Source: Gammaproteobacteria bacterium | GTDB taxonomy: Bacteria > Pseudomonadota > Gammaproteobacteria > Arenicellales > JAANXG01 | Assembly (NCBI GenBank): GCA_018263405.1 | Contig: JAANXG010000076.1 | Location: forward strand, 1-40,312 | Reading direction: 5' to 3' | DNA length: 40,312 bases | Shown: positions 1 through 8,545 of the stretch, piece after piece | Layout of the letters: every line of letters starts with the position of its first letter | How positions within the stretch are numbered: position 1 is the first letter of the stretch | The notes under the pieces: generated by a model | What the model was told of the DNA's origin: nothing | What the model saw: the letters and a program-made list of their open reading frames with translations, nothing else | Database searches by the model: none | Program-made: the position numbers and the translations under genes

Positions 1-167
1 GGTCGGAAAAGCCCCTCGCCGGCGTTACGCTCGCTTGAATTGACCGGGCCAGTCCTGCGCTCGCGTGCCTTGGCGATCGGCTTTTCCGATCCCGCTGAAC
101 GTGTGTGTATTTATGCCCAAGGGTACTAAGGCTCCTGGACCGGGGTTTTGTACGATTGGTTGGCGGC

Positions 168-2558
168 TTATTCTGCAGCAGCAGCCTCCCGGCACTTTTG
201 GGCCTGGCATTCACGCAGGATCTGGGTTGCTCTGGCGGCCGGAGCCGGCTTGCCGACCAGATAGCCCTGAATCTCATGGCAATGCTGATCCCGCAGGAAA
301 TCGAGCTGACTTTCCGTCTCTACGCCCTCGGCAATGATCTTCAGGCCGAGACTCTTGCCCATGGCAATAATGGCTTGGACAATGGCGTCGTCGGTCGTAT
401 TGTGATCAACCTCGTTGACGAAGGACCGGTCTATCTTCAGGGTGTTGACCGAAAACCGCTTGAGATGCGACAGGGAAGAATAGCCCGTGCCGAAATCGTC
501 AATGGATATATTGACATCGAGATCCCTCAACTGACGAAGGATATTAACCGCAAGATCGGGATTCTGCATGATCACGGTCTCTGTTATCTCCAATTCAAGA
601 CTTTCCGGCGGCAGGTCGTAATCTTTGAGGGCCGCACTGATCTGGGCCACCAGATTCCGCTGCTGCAGTTGATAGCCTGAAAGGTTGATCGCGACGCGAG
701 CCGGTTCGAGCCCTTCATCAAGCCATTGGCGCATTTGTGAACAGACCTGGTGGAGCACCCACTCACCGATCGGGAAAATCAACCCGGTCTCTTCGGCAAG
801 AGAGATAAATTCTCCGGGCAGTAGCAGGCCGAGTTCCGGGTGCTCCCAGCGGATCATGGCCTCAAAGGATGTGACTCCGCCACTGCTGATATCAATTTTC
901 GGCTGATAAACAAGTCGAAACTCGTTTCTTTCCAGGGAGCGGCGAATACTGCTTTCGAGAAGCCTGCGCCGGTCGCTGTCGAGATCCATGGACGAACTGT
1001 AGGTTTTGCAATTATTGCGCCCCTGGGATTTGGCGTGGTACATGGCGATGTCCGCTTTTTTCACAAGTTCATCCGGGTTCGCATAGTGATCGGAAAAATG
1101 GCTGATACCAATACTGGCGGTAACAAATATTTCATGATCATTGATTGTCAGGGGTTCGGCCAGATAGTTGAGTATCTTGGAAGCGATCTGTTCGGCATCC
1201 GTTGACCGCTGCAGATTACCGAGGGTAATGGCAAATTCATCGCCACCCAGGCGGCCGATACCGTCGGTCTCGCGCAGAACGGTTTTCAATCGCTCCGCAA
1301 CCTTGACCAGCAGCTGATCTCCGACGGTATGCCCGAGCGTGTCATTGATGATCTTGAACCGGTCGAGATCGAGGAAAAGCACGGCTGCTTCCTTTTGCAG
1401 CCGCTTGGCTATGGCAAGAATCTGTTTGAGTTGGGCGACAAAATGAAGTCTGTTGGGCAGACCGGTCAGATTATCGTGATGGGCCATGTGGAAGAGTTGT
1501 TTCTGGGCCCGTTTGCGCTCGGTGACATTCCTGAAAATGCCCCAGGCAACCAGATCTTCGCCATCATCCTGATTGCAGGTGATGTTCCCCTCGACATTGA
1601 TGACACTGCCGTCGCGGGTCGTCATCTGTCCCTCGATCTCCCCGCTCTGCCGGCCTTCGAGAGCGCGTTGGAGGGCACGGGTATAGCGGCTGTTTTCCCC
1701 ATGGTAAATCATATCCATCATCGTGAGTCGATTCAGGTCGTCAAAGGTATAACCGAGGGTTTTACGCCAACTTTGGTTGACGTAGAGAAACCGGCCGTCA
1801 GGCTGAACACAGAAGATAAGGTCACTGGCACCGTCCAGGAACCTGATGAGGTGCTCCTCACTTTCCTGGAAAGCCTTGTTTTCCCGCCTGATAACGCGCA
1901 TTAGAAAAGCACTGATCAGGGCCATGGCCACATTGAGCACACTGACCCAGCACCACATCAGGCCGGCATAAAGACCGTCGCCATGGAGCGCCGGATTAAT
2001 AAAAGGCATGTCCACCGACGGCAGGAATTGGGCGAATTCTGCGTAGAGCAGGCCACCATAAAGCAATCCGCCCAGGCTGCCCATCGCTAAAATATGCCGG
2101 GGGTTATCAAGCAGCACGGCTGCCTCAATCGTGACGACTAGATAGACCGGCCAGAACCAACTGGCAGCACCCCCACTGTAATGTATCAGTACGGTGACCA
2201 GCGCCAGGTCGAGGCTAATCTGGAGATGGGCAACATAGCGGAACCGGGAGATTGCCTCGTAGAAGAAATGATAGAGAGTGTTGTAGACAAGAACCGCGCC
2301 AACGGCGATGGAAAGAATCGTGATCTGGGCATCGCTAACGAACAGACCATAGCGACTGCCCGCAAACGACACCACCGCAATCGCTCCGTAAAGACCAAAC
2401 AGAAAAAGCAAACACCAGCGAGCAGTGGTTACAAGGGCATTGCGGCCGCGCACGGAAGTAAAATTCCTGTTGATCTTTTCCGTGGCCTGTTCTGGTTGGG
2501 AACTCTGGGACAGGCTGCGGATCCAGTTGGGTGGATTAGGAATCTGCGGTTGGTTCAT
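168..2558 (-). CDS. Membrane-anchored PAS/GGDEF/EAL c-di-GMP signalling protein (diguanylate cyclase/phosphodiesterase)
   Basis: 796-aa ORF. The N-terminal ~200 aa are strongly hydrophobic (several TM segments), followed by a PAS-like segment. GGDEF motif 'RLGGDEFAI' has an RxxD I-site ('RETD') five residues upstream. EAL-domain signatures are 'EAMIRW', 'ELEITE', 'DDFGTGYSSL', 'KIDRSF', 'EGVET' and 'QGY'. Confidence 0.93.
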   Translation of the reverse strand: MNQPQIPNPPNWIRSLSQSSQPEQATEKINRNFTSVRGRNALVTTARWCLLFLFGLYGAIAVVSFAGSRYGLFVSDAQITILSIAVGAVLVYNTLYHFFYEAISRFRYVAHLQISLDLALVTVLIHYSGGAASWFWPVYLVVTIEAAVLLDNPRHILAMGSLGGLLYGGLLYAEFAQFLPSVDMPFINPALHGDGLYAGLMWCWVSVLNVAMALISAFLMRVIRRENKAFQESEEHLIRFLDGASDLIFCVQPDGRFLYVNQSWRKTLGYTFDDLNRLTMMDMIYHGENSRYTRALQRALEGRQSGEIEGQMTTRDGSVINVEGNITCNQDDGEDLVAWGIFRNVTERKRAQKQLFHMAHHDNLTGLPNRLHFVAQLKQILAIAKRLQKEAAVLFLDLDRFKIINDTLGHTVGDQLLVKVAERLKTVLRETDGIGRLGGDEFAITLGNLQRSTDAEQIASKILNYLAEPLTINDHEIFVTASIGISHFSDHYANPDELVKKADIAMYHAKSQGRNNCKTYSSSMDLDSDRRRLLESSIRRSLERNEFRLVYQPKIDISSGGVTSFEAMIRWEHPELGLLLPGEFISLAEETGLIFPIGEWVLHQVCSQMRQWLDEGLEPARVAINLSGYQLQQRNLVAQISAALKDYDLPPESLELEITETVIMQNPDLAVNILRQLRDLDVNISIDDFGTGYSSLSHLKRFSVNTLKIDRSFVNEVDHNTTDDAIVQAIIAMGKSLGLKIIAEGVETESQLDFLRDQHCHEIQGYLVGKPAPAARATQILRECQAQKCREAAAAE

Positions 2559-2848
2559 GGGCGCCTTTTGTTCACGGTAATCGTCTGGAAACTCTCCCTC
2601 AAGCTTCCTCCGGATCGGTATTATCCGGCAGCTATCAACCTTTCATAAAAGCAATGTGCACAAAATTTCGGCATTCCCTCGTCGACCCATTGCCTCACAC
2701 CACATCTTAGACTATATCCGGGATCAGCAGTGGGTGTATCGGAGGATATTGTGACGGAGGTCAATATTGCATGAGGCATCGACTGTATCCAGTCGGTGTA
2801 AAACGACACCGCATATGGGCGACGCGGATATCCTTGAGTGTATTCAAT

Positions 2849-3019
2849 GTAAGTTCTCAATAACCCCGTGCAAGAATGTGGGGGTAGGGTTGTCTTTCAG
2901 GGCTGTCGAAAGCACGGAGGCTTTCGCCAGAGCGTACAGGGAGGTATCTACAGCGTCCCTGAAAGACAACCCTACCCCCACATGATCGCCGACATTGCAC
3001 GGACTTTTTGAGAAATTAC
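2849..3019 (+). mobile_element. 171-bp MITE, copy A (GTAA termini, imperfect TIRs, 8-bp TSD TATTCAAT)
   Basis: The element runs GTAAGTTCTCAA...TTGAGAAATTAC. It is flanked by identical TATTCAAT at 2841-2848 and 3020-3027. Internally, a perfect 27-bp inverted repeat (2876-2902 / 2957-2983) encloses a 54-nt loop with a nested 7-bp hairpin (cgaaagc/gctttcg). The same 171 bp recur at 11416-11586 and 35625-35795. Confidence 0.85.
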
Positions 3020-3072
3020 TATTCAATCACGTATGATTACAGCACTCCATGCCTGGAAGAGAGGAGTAAGCG

Positions 3073-3630
3073 ATGAGACGATTATTTCCGGCCCTGGCGT
3101 TCGTCGCCGGGGTCTTGGCGATGGCGGCATGGCAGCCGGCGGTAGCCGGCGGGCCGCTGGCGGAGCGTCTGGACCGAGTGGTGAGCCGCATGGACAGTTC
3201 GGACATCCGGGCGGCCGACGTGCGGGCGGTGGTCAACCGCCTCCTGCCGTTGCAAAGCTTCCACGGCGGCGTATCCGAAGAAAAGATTCACGATCTCGCC
3301 CGCGAGGCGATGCAAGGCGTGATCGATACCCGCTTGAAGCTGGCTGATGCAAAGCGTCGAGGTGTCTAGGTGGACGAAGCCTCGATCGATGATGCCTTTG
3401 CCAAGGTCGTGGCGCGCTATCCAAACCCGGAAGAGTTCCAGGCCCGCCTGAGACGAGCCGGACTGACCGAAGGCAACCTTCGCGACACGCTGCGGCGCCG
3501 TCAACTCCTCAAGAACGTGGAGGCCGCCGTCGAAGACGAGTCGTACGAGCCGACTCTGGAGGACGCCAGACGTTTCTACGCCGCAAACCCCGACCGATTC
3601 CGCGAGCCTCGTCGCGCCGCCGAAAGAGGC
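3073..3630 (+). pseudogene. SurA-N/PpiD-like periplasmic chaperone gene remnant (in-frame TAG, 3' truncated)
   Basis: RBS gaggag lies upstream of ATG 3073, and the product starts with signal peptide MRRLFPALAFVAGVLAMAAWQPAVAG. An in-frame TAG at 3367-3369 interrupts '...LKLADAKRRGV*VDEASIDDAFAKVV...', a pattern typical of SurA N-terminal domains. The same frame continues to '...RFYAANPDRFREP', where a PPIase domain would normally follow. There the frame instead runs antisense into the hemY 3' end at 3631. Confidence 0.6.
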
Positions 3631-5205
3631 CTAACGGGCTCCGCTGTCCTTCAGGTACGCCACGATCTCGTCGGCCTGATCCCAGGCCTTCTCGATGCAC
3701 GCGTTCATAGCGACACCGTAGTACGAGCTCCCGGCGACCCACAGCCCGGGGTCCGCCGCCAGCCGCTGGTGGATCCGGTCCAGCCGGCTCTGGTGGCCCA
3801 CGTGGTACTGACCGATGCCCAAGGGCCAGCGGTAGACGCGGGTCAGCACCGGCTCTGCCGTGATCCCCATGGCGTCCTCAAGATCCGTCCGAGCCTGGCG
3901 GATAAGCACGTCCTCGCCCTCCGACACCGCTGCCGGGGCGTGGGCACCGCCGATCATGCACCGCACCAGCACCCTCCCCTTGGGCGCACGGCCCGGGAAG
4001 ATCGACGAGTCCCACAGACACCCGAGGATCCGGGGCCCCTCGCCCCGGGGCACCAGGAAACCAAAGCCGTCAGCATCGGGGACATCCGCCGCGTCCCACG
4101 CCAGCGCCACCACCGCGAGACCGGCGGTATCGATAGCGGTGATCGAATCGGCCAGCGCCGGGTCGAGATTTTGGAGCAGTGGTGCTGCTCGGGGCGAGGG
4201 GATGGTCACCACGACCCCGTCGGCGGTGAGCTCCTCGCCCGAGGCAAGGCGCACGGACCACCGACGGTTCCGGGCACCCGGCTCCTTCCCCCGCTGCCCT
4301 GAGCCGGCGGAGCGCGGAAACCTGCGGGAGGCGTCCACCCCGGCCGGCGCGGTGCGCCCCGCGTCCCCGCCATCCCCCGGTCGGTCCGTCTCTGTCCGCA
4401 CCACGGCGGCCACCGGACTACCAGTCCTCACCACGCCTTCTCCGAGGGCCGCCTCCAATCCCCGGACCAGCGTATCCAGGCCATTTTGGAAGGAGGTAAG
4501 GGTGCCGCCGGGCCCCGCCGGACCACCAGGCTGGGTCAGTTCCTCCACGTCCTCGCCGCGGGCCCGGCGCACCTCGACATCCCGCTTCGCGGCCTTCCGG
4601 GCCTTCATCCGAGCGAGCATGGCCTTCACCAGCCCGCCGTGCTCCGCTTCCATCGCCGCCATCTTGGGGAAACTGCTCTGAAGGCTCAACTCGTGGATGT
4701 TGCCAGCGCAAACACCGGAGACCACGGCATCCACCAGGACCGACGCGGCTTCGGGGCCGATGCGCCGGGCGGCGAACTCGTAGATGGTCTCCTCGATGTT
4801 GGGGCGGGAGCGAGCGAAGGGTTCCGCGAAGACCCGGAGCTTGCCGACCACGCTGAGGAGCCCGCTGGTCAGGAAGCTGACGGGCCCGGTGGGCGCTTCA
4901 TGGAGGCGACCGTTCCGGTAGATGAAGCGCTTCGCCGCAGCCTCGTCAGCGGGCTGAAGCTGGTCCTCCAGGCCGACGCGACGCACCAGCTCCAGCGTTC
5001 GGGGCGCGTTGTCCAGGAACCCGTTGGGTCCGTTCTCGATGGTGTAGTCACCGGCCCGCTCGGTGCGGATGTTCCCGCCGGGCTCGGTTTCGGCCTCCAG
5101 GACCACCACCTCCACCGGCGTATCGGCGGTCTTGGACTTACCCCGGATGTTCAAGGCGGTGGTGAGGCCCGTGACCCCGCCGCCGATGATAACGACACGC
5201 TGCAT
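3631..5205 (-). CDS. hemY: HemY-type FAD-dependent protoporphyrinogen oxidase
   Basis: N-terminal dinucleotide fold 'RVVIIGGGVTGL'. Also 'GFGFLVP' and the C-terminal 'RWPLGIGQYHVGH...YYGVAMNACI', recognisably like the Myxococcus/Bacillus HemY family. ATG 5205 gives the canonical N-terminus, but upstream in-frame starts at 5229 and 5265 are possible. GC is above 70%. Confidence 0.85.
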   Translation of the reverse strand: MQRVVIIGGGVTGLTTALNIRGKSKTADTPVEVVVLEAETEPGGNIRTERAGDYTIENGPNGFLDNAPRTLELVRRVGLEDQLQPADEAAAKRFIYRNGRLHEAPTGPVSFLTSGLLSVVGKLRVFAEPFARSRPNIEETIYEFAARRIGPEAASVLVDAVVSGVCAGNIHELSLQSSFPKMAAMEAEHGGLVKAMLARMKARKAAKRDVEVRRARGEDVEELTQPGGPAGPGGTLTSFQNGLDTLVRGLEAALGEGVVRTGSPVAAVVRTETDRPGDGGDAGRTAPAGVDASRRFPRSAGSGQRGKEPGARNRRWSVRLASGEELTADGVVVTIPSPRAAPLLQNLDPALADSITAIDTAGLAVVALAWDAADVPDADGFGFLVPRGEGPRILGCLWDSSIFPGRAPKGRVLVRCMIGGAHAPAAVSEGEDVLIRQARTDLEDAMGITAEPVLTRVYRWPLGIGQYHVGHQSRLDRIHQRLAADPGLWVAGSSYYGVAMNACIEKAWDQADEIVAYLKDSGAR

Positions 5206-5266
5206 GGCTTCCGGTCGCCCGCGGGGCATGACCCCGTTCAAATCGCGCACATGGTGCGGGAACAAC

Positions 5267-5707
5267 TCAAGCAGTATGGTTGTACAGTTTGCCCTCCCGG
5301 GTCAAAGCTTGCGGGTCGGGGACAGTAACGGTATTTCGATGAAACAACGCCACCCTGTCCCGGCCCAGTTCCTTGATCGCGCGTGTAACGGATTCCGCCC
5401 GCGCGATTTCCAGGTCGGTGAGCTGCGGATGGTCGCCATGGGCGGGCATCCGGCGGATACCGTCCAAGGCGTGTTGCTTGAGCGCCGTTAAGCCCAGCGC
5501 CGCACGGTCCTCCCACGCTTCCACGTCGCCGATTTTCGGGGCGTTGTTCACCCCTGTTTCGTGGCACGCGGCGCAGATTGCTTCGGCGACTTCCTTGCCG
5601 CTCCGCTCGCCGCTCTGTGCGTCGCCCTCCTGCGGCACCATCAACATCGCGACAACAATGCCGATGAATCCCAGCGTCAAGACCTGCAGTGTTGGTAATT
5701 TAGGCAT
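5267..5707 (-). CDS. Secreted class I c-type cytochrome (cytochrome c5-like)
   Basis: Single haem-binding CXXCH motif ('CAACHETG') with a downstream 'RMPAHG' Met ligand region. N-terminal signal/TM segment is 'LQVLTLGFIGIVVAMLMV'. ATG 5707 is preceded by RBS gaggggag. The ORF track extends to 5764 without an RBS. Confidence 0.8.
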   Translation of the reverse strand: MPKLPTLQVLTLGFIGIVVAMLMVPQEGDAQSGERSGKEVAEAICAACHETGVNNAPKIGDVEAWEDRAALGLTALKQHALDGIRRMPAHGDHPQLTDLEIARAESVTRAIKELGRDRVALFHRNTVTVPDPQALTREGKLYNHTA

Positions 5708-6037
5708 GCTCCCCTCGCGGCTACGGCCATTGAGCGCGTGCTCGGGAATGGTTCCGTATGCCACTTCCGCTAGTGAATTCCGTGCAGTATAACACTACAT
5801 TCCGGACAGATAGCTTACTCGTTACAACCGGATGCCGAGTTTTTGACCTCCCGGAATAGTGCAAGTATATTCAAACCAACGTATGAATTATGGATGACAT
5901 GCCTTCATCGGTCCCGCCCTGGAGCTCAGCCGCGAGCCCTATGGGGCTGCAAGCGCCACTCGACGACCGACCTTTTCGAACTTCCTTGCACGCGGCGGCC
6001 GGCCACGCCCACTCGCCTTCATGAAAGAGGTATTCCT

Positions 6038-8542
6038 ATGTCCTGGATTGTCAGCCTGATTCTTTTGTTCGCGGGGTTAACCGCCACGACACGGCTGCGT
6101 CTGTCGTTGCTTACCTGGACCGTTATCTTCGGTGCGGGTTTGCTGTTGTTGAGCGTGACCGGCCTGTTGCCTGCACTCCTGGCTCTGATCGTGTGGCCGC
6201 TGTTCATCGTCATGGCTCTGTTCAACTTCACCACGCTGCGCCAGAAATACCTCAGCACGCCGATGCTGCAGTACATGCAGAAGGTGTTACCGCCCATCTC
6301 CGAGACCGAGCGGCAGGCCATCGAGGCCGGGACAACCTGGTGGGAAGCGGACTTGTTCCAGGGTAATCCGAATTACGAGAAGCTGTTGAGCGTGCCCGAA
6401 CCGGGATTGAGCGGGGAAGAGCAGGCCTACATGGACGGTCCGGTGGAAAATTTATGCGCCATGCTCGACGATTGGCAGATTTCGCACGAACTGCAGGACC
6501 TGCCCAGGGAAGTCTGGGAGTTTTTGGCGCGGGAGCGATTCTGGGCGATCAACATCCCCAAGCAATACGGCGGCCTGGAGTTTTCAGCCGAGGCTAATTC
6601 GGCCATTGTCACGAAGATCGGCACCCGCAGCGGCACCGCTGCGGTGACGGTGATGGTGCCGAATTCATTGGGGCCTGCCGAACTACTCCTCGATTACGGC
6701 ACCCGGGAGCAGAAGGATTATTACCTGCCGCGCCTGGCGGCCGGGGACGAGATTCCCTGTTTCGGGCTCACCAACCCCTGGGCGGGCTCGGATGCCGGTT
6801 CCATTCCCGATCACGGCGTCGTGTGCAAGGGGGAGTACCGGGGCGAGGAAGTACTGGGCCTCCGGCTGAACTGGGAAAAACGTTACATTACGCTGGGTCC
6901 GGTCGCCACGCTGCTGGGGCTGGCATTCAAGGCCTACGATCCGGACCGCCTTCTCGGCGGGGAAGATGTCCTCGGTATCACCTGCGCCCTGATTCCCACG
7001 GACCTCGAAGGGGTGAGGACCGGCGAGCGCCACTACCCGATGGACGGGCAATTCCAGAACGGACCGAACTACGGCCACGATGTGTTCATTCCCTTGAAGT
7101 TTGTGATCGGTGGTGAGGAGCGGGTCGGAAAGGGCTGGCGGATGCTGATGGAATCGCTGGCCGTGGGGCGGGCGATCTCGCTGCCGGCGTCGGGCACGGC
7201 GGCAGCCAAGTTGAGTGCGCGTACCACCGGTGCTTATGCGCGAATCCGCGAGCAGTTCGGCATTCCGATCGGCAAGTTCGAGGGAGTTCAGGAAGCGCTG
7301 GCCCGTATCGGCGGTCTCACCTATATGATGGACGCGGGGCGCCTGCTGACGACATCGGCGTTGAAATTAGGCGAGAGGCCGAGCGTCATTACGGCCATTT
7401 TGAAGTATCACCTCACCGAGAATGCGAGGACGGTGGTCAACGATGCCATGGATATACACGGCGGACGGGGGATCTGCCGGGGCCCGGCTAACTATCTCGC
7501 GCAGGCCTACACGCAACTACCCATTCTCATCACCGTCGAGGGGGCGAACATCCTGACGCGCAGCATGATGATTTTCGGCCAGGGTTCGATGCGTTGCCAT
7601 CCATACCTGCTGGACGAGATCAAGTTCGCGCAGTCGGAGATCGACGCCACGGTTCGCGATGACTTTGACGAAACGCTGACGAACCATATCGGCTATACCG
7701 CCATGAACGGCATCAAATCCGTCGTTTACGGTGTGAGCGGTTCGCGGCTTGCGCCGGGGGGGGACGGCCCAATGGACAGTTATTACCGTCAGTTCGCCCG
7801 GTACAGCGCGTCGTTCGCGCTGTTGGCGGATATTACGCTCCTTATGCTGGGCGGCGAATTTAAACGCAAGGAGAGTTTGTCCGCTCGTTTCGGCGATGCC
7901 TTGAGCCACATGTATCTGGGCACCGCTTCATTGAAGCGCTTCAAGGACCACGGCGAAATCGAGGCCGATCGGCCGCTGGCGGAATGGGCCTGCCGGCACA
8001 GCCTGCATCGGATACAGATCGCATTGGACGGTATATTGCGTAATTTTCCGGTTCGGTCGCTCGCTGTCCTGTTGCGGGGTGTCGTGTTTCCGCTCGGCCG
8101 GTGCCGGCACGAACCGAGTGACAGACTCGGCCACCAGGTGGCGGAGTTGCTGCTGGAGCCTTCCGAGTCGCGTGACCGGCTCACGGCGGGTATAGATCGG
8201 AAGAGCACGTCAGACGACGTCACCGGCTCGCTGGAGGATGCCTTGGGCAAAGTAGTGCAAGCCGAACCCCTGCTAAAGAAGCTGAAAGAGCAGGGCCACC
8301 GTTTCGAACCCGCGCCGGATAACGCGTATACGGACTGGGTCGATGAATTGGTCAGCGAGGAGCTCATCTCCCGGAGCGAGGCCGAGGTTCTGAGGGCGGC
8401 CCGCGACGCAACACTGAGAGTGATCGCCGTGGACGATTTCCCGCCGCATACCACGCTGAGCGGCAGGGAGACCGGGACTTCCCATGAGGACAACGGAGGT
8501 AGCGGAGACGACCAAGGCGGCGACGGCGACGAAGCCGCCTGA
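6038..8542 (+). CDS. fadE: Acyl-CoA dehydrogenase, large membrane-associated FadE type
   Basis: Collinear with E. coli FadE along its whole length, e.g. 'ERQAIEAGTTWWEADLFQG', 'NSLGPAELLLDYGT.EQKDYYLPRLA', 'EGANILTRSMMIFGQGSMRCHPY'. ATG 6038 is preceded by aaagagg. The ORF-track start at 5843 adds 65 non-homologous residues. Confidence 0.95.
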   Translation: MSWIVSLILLFAGLTATTRLRLSLLTWTVIFGAGLLLLSVTGLLPALLALIVWPLFIVMALFNFTTLRQKYLSTPMLQYMQKVLPPISETERQAIEAGTTWWEADLFQGNPNYEKLLSVPEPGLSGEEQAYMDGPVENLCAMLDDWQISHELQDLPREVWEFLARERFWAINIPKQYGGLEFSAEANSAIVTKIGTRSGTAAVTVMVPNSLGPAELLLDYGTREQKDYYLPRLAAGDEIPCFGLTNPWAGSDAGSIPDHGVVCKGEYRGEEVLGLRLNWEKRYITLGPVATLLGLAFKAYDPDRLLGGEDVLGITCALIPTDLEGVRTGERHYPMDGQFQNGPNYGHDVFIPLKFVIGGEERVGKGWRMLMESLAVGRAISLPASGTAAAKLSARTTGAYARIREQFGIPIGKFEGVQEALARIGGLTYMMDAGRLLTTSALKLGERPSVITAILKYHLTENARTVVNDAMDIHGGRGICRGPANYLAQAYTQLPILITVEGANILTRSMMIFGQGSMRCHPYLLDEIKFAQSEIDATVRDDFDETLTNHIGYTAMNGIKSVVYGVSGSRLAPGGDGPMDSYYRQFARYSASFALLADITLLMLGGEFKRKESLSARFGDALSHMYLGTASLKRFKDHGEIEADRPLAEWACRHSLHRIQIALDGILRNFPVRSLAVLLRGVVFPLGRCRHEPSDRLGHQVAELLLEPSESRDRLTAGIDRKSTSDDVTGSLEDALGKVVQAEPLLKKLKEQGHRFEPAPDNAYTDWVDELVSEELISRSEAEVLRAARDATLRVIAVDDFPPHTTLSGRETGTSHEDNGGSGDDQGGDGDEAA

Positions 8543-8545
8543 TCC

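Noticed and set aside
1130-1150. The EAL motif reads 'EAM' instead of 'EAL' in the GGDEF-EAL protein, considered as a sign of an inactive phosphodiesterase
   Set aside because: The catalytic Glu and all other metal and substrate ligands (N, ExxE, DDFGTG, K, E, Q) are present. A third-position variant alone does not indicate inactivity.
105-1904. Plus-strand ORFs of 121-191 aa (105-680, 840-1205, 1329-1904) and similar antisense ORFs in fadE, the fadD-like gene, gdhB and the acyl-CoA synthetase
   Set aside because: All are fully embedded antisense to long, motif-rich genes. They show no motifs or translation signals.
2844-3026. 60-aa ORF (minus strand), the overlapping 72-aa plus-strand ORF (2767-2985) and the near-identical 84-aa ORF at 35620-35874, all with 'GVGLSFR...' peptides
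   Set aside because: They lie entirely within the MITE copies. The repeated peptide on both strands is simply the translation of the two arms of the 27-bp inverted repeat. There is no RBS, and the start and stop positions depend on the flanking DNA.
3367-3369. The in-frame TAG in the SurA-like gene as programmed recoding (pyrrolysine or read-through)
   Set aside because: There is no pyl gene context or recoding signal, and the gene is also truncated downstream. A plain nonsense mutation in a decaying fragment is more parsimonious.
3370-5328. Long plus-strand ORFs (3370-4302 beyond ~3630, 3860-4681, 4486-5328) and several minus-strand alternative-frame ORFs in the high-GC block
   Set aside because: Open frames are expected on all strands at more than 70% GC. 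Their products are Arg/Pro/Ala/Gly-rich with no motifs, whereas the minus-strand HemY frame has clear family signatures.
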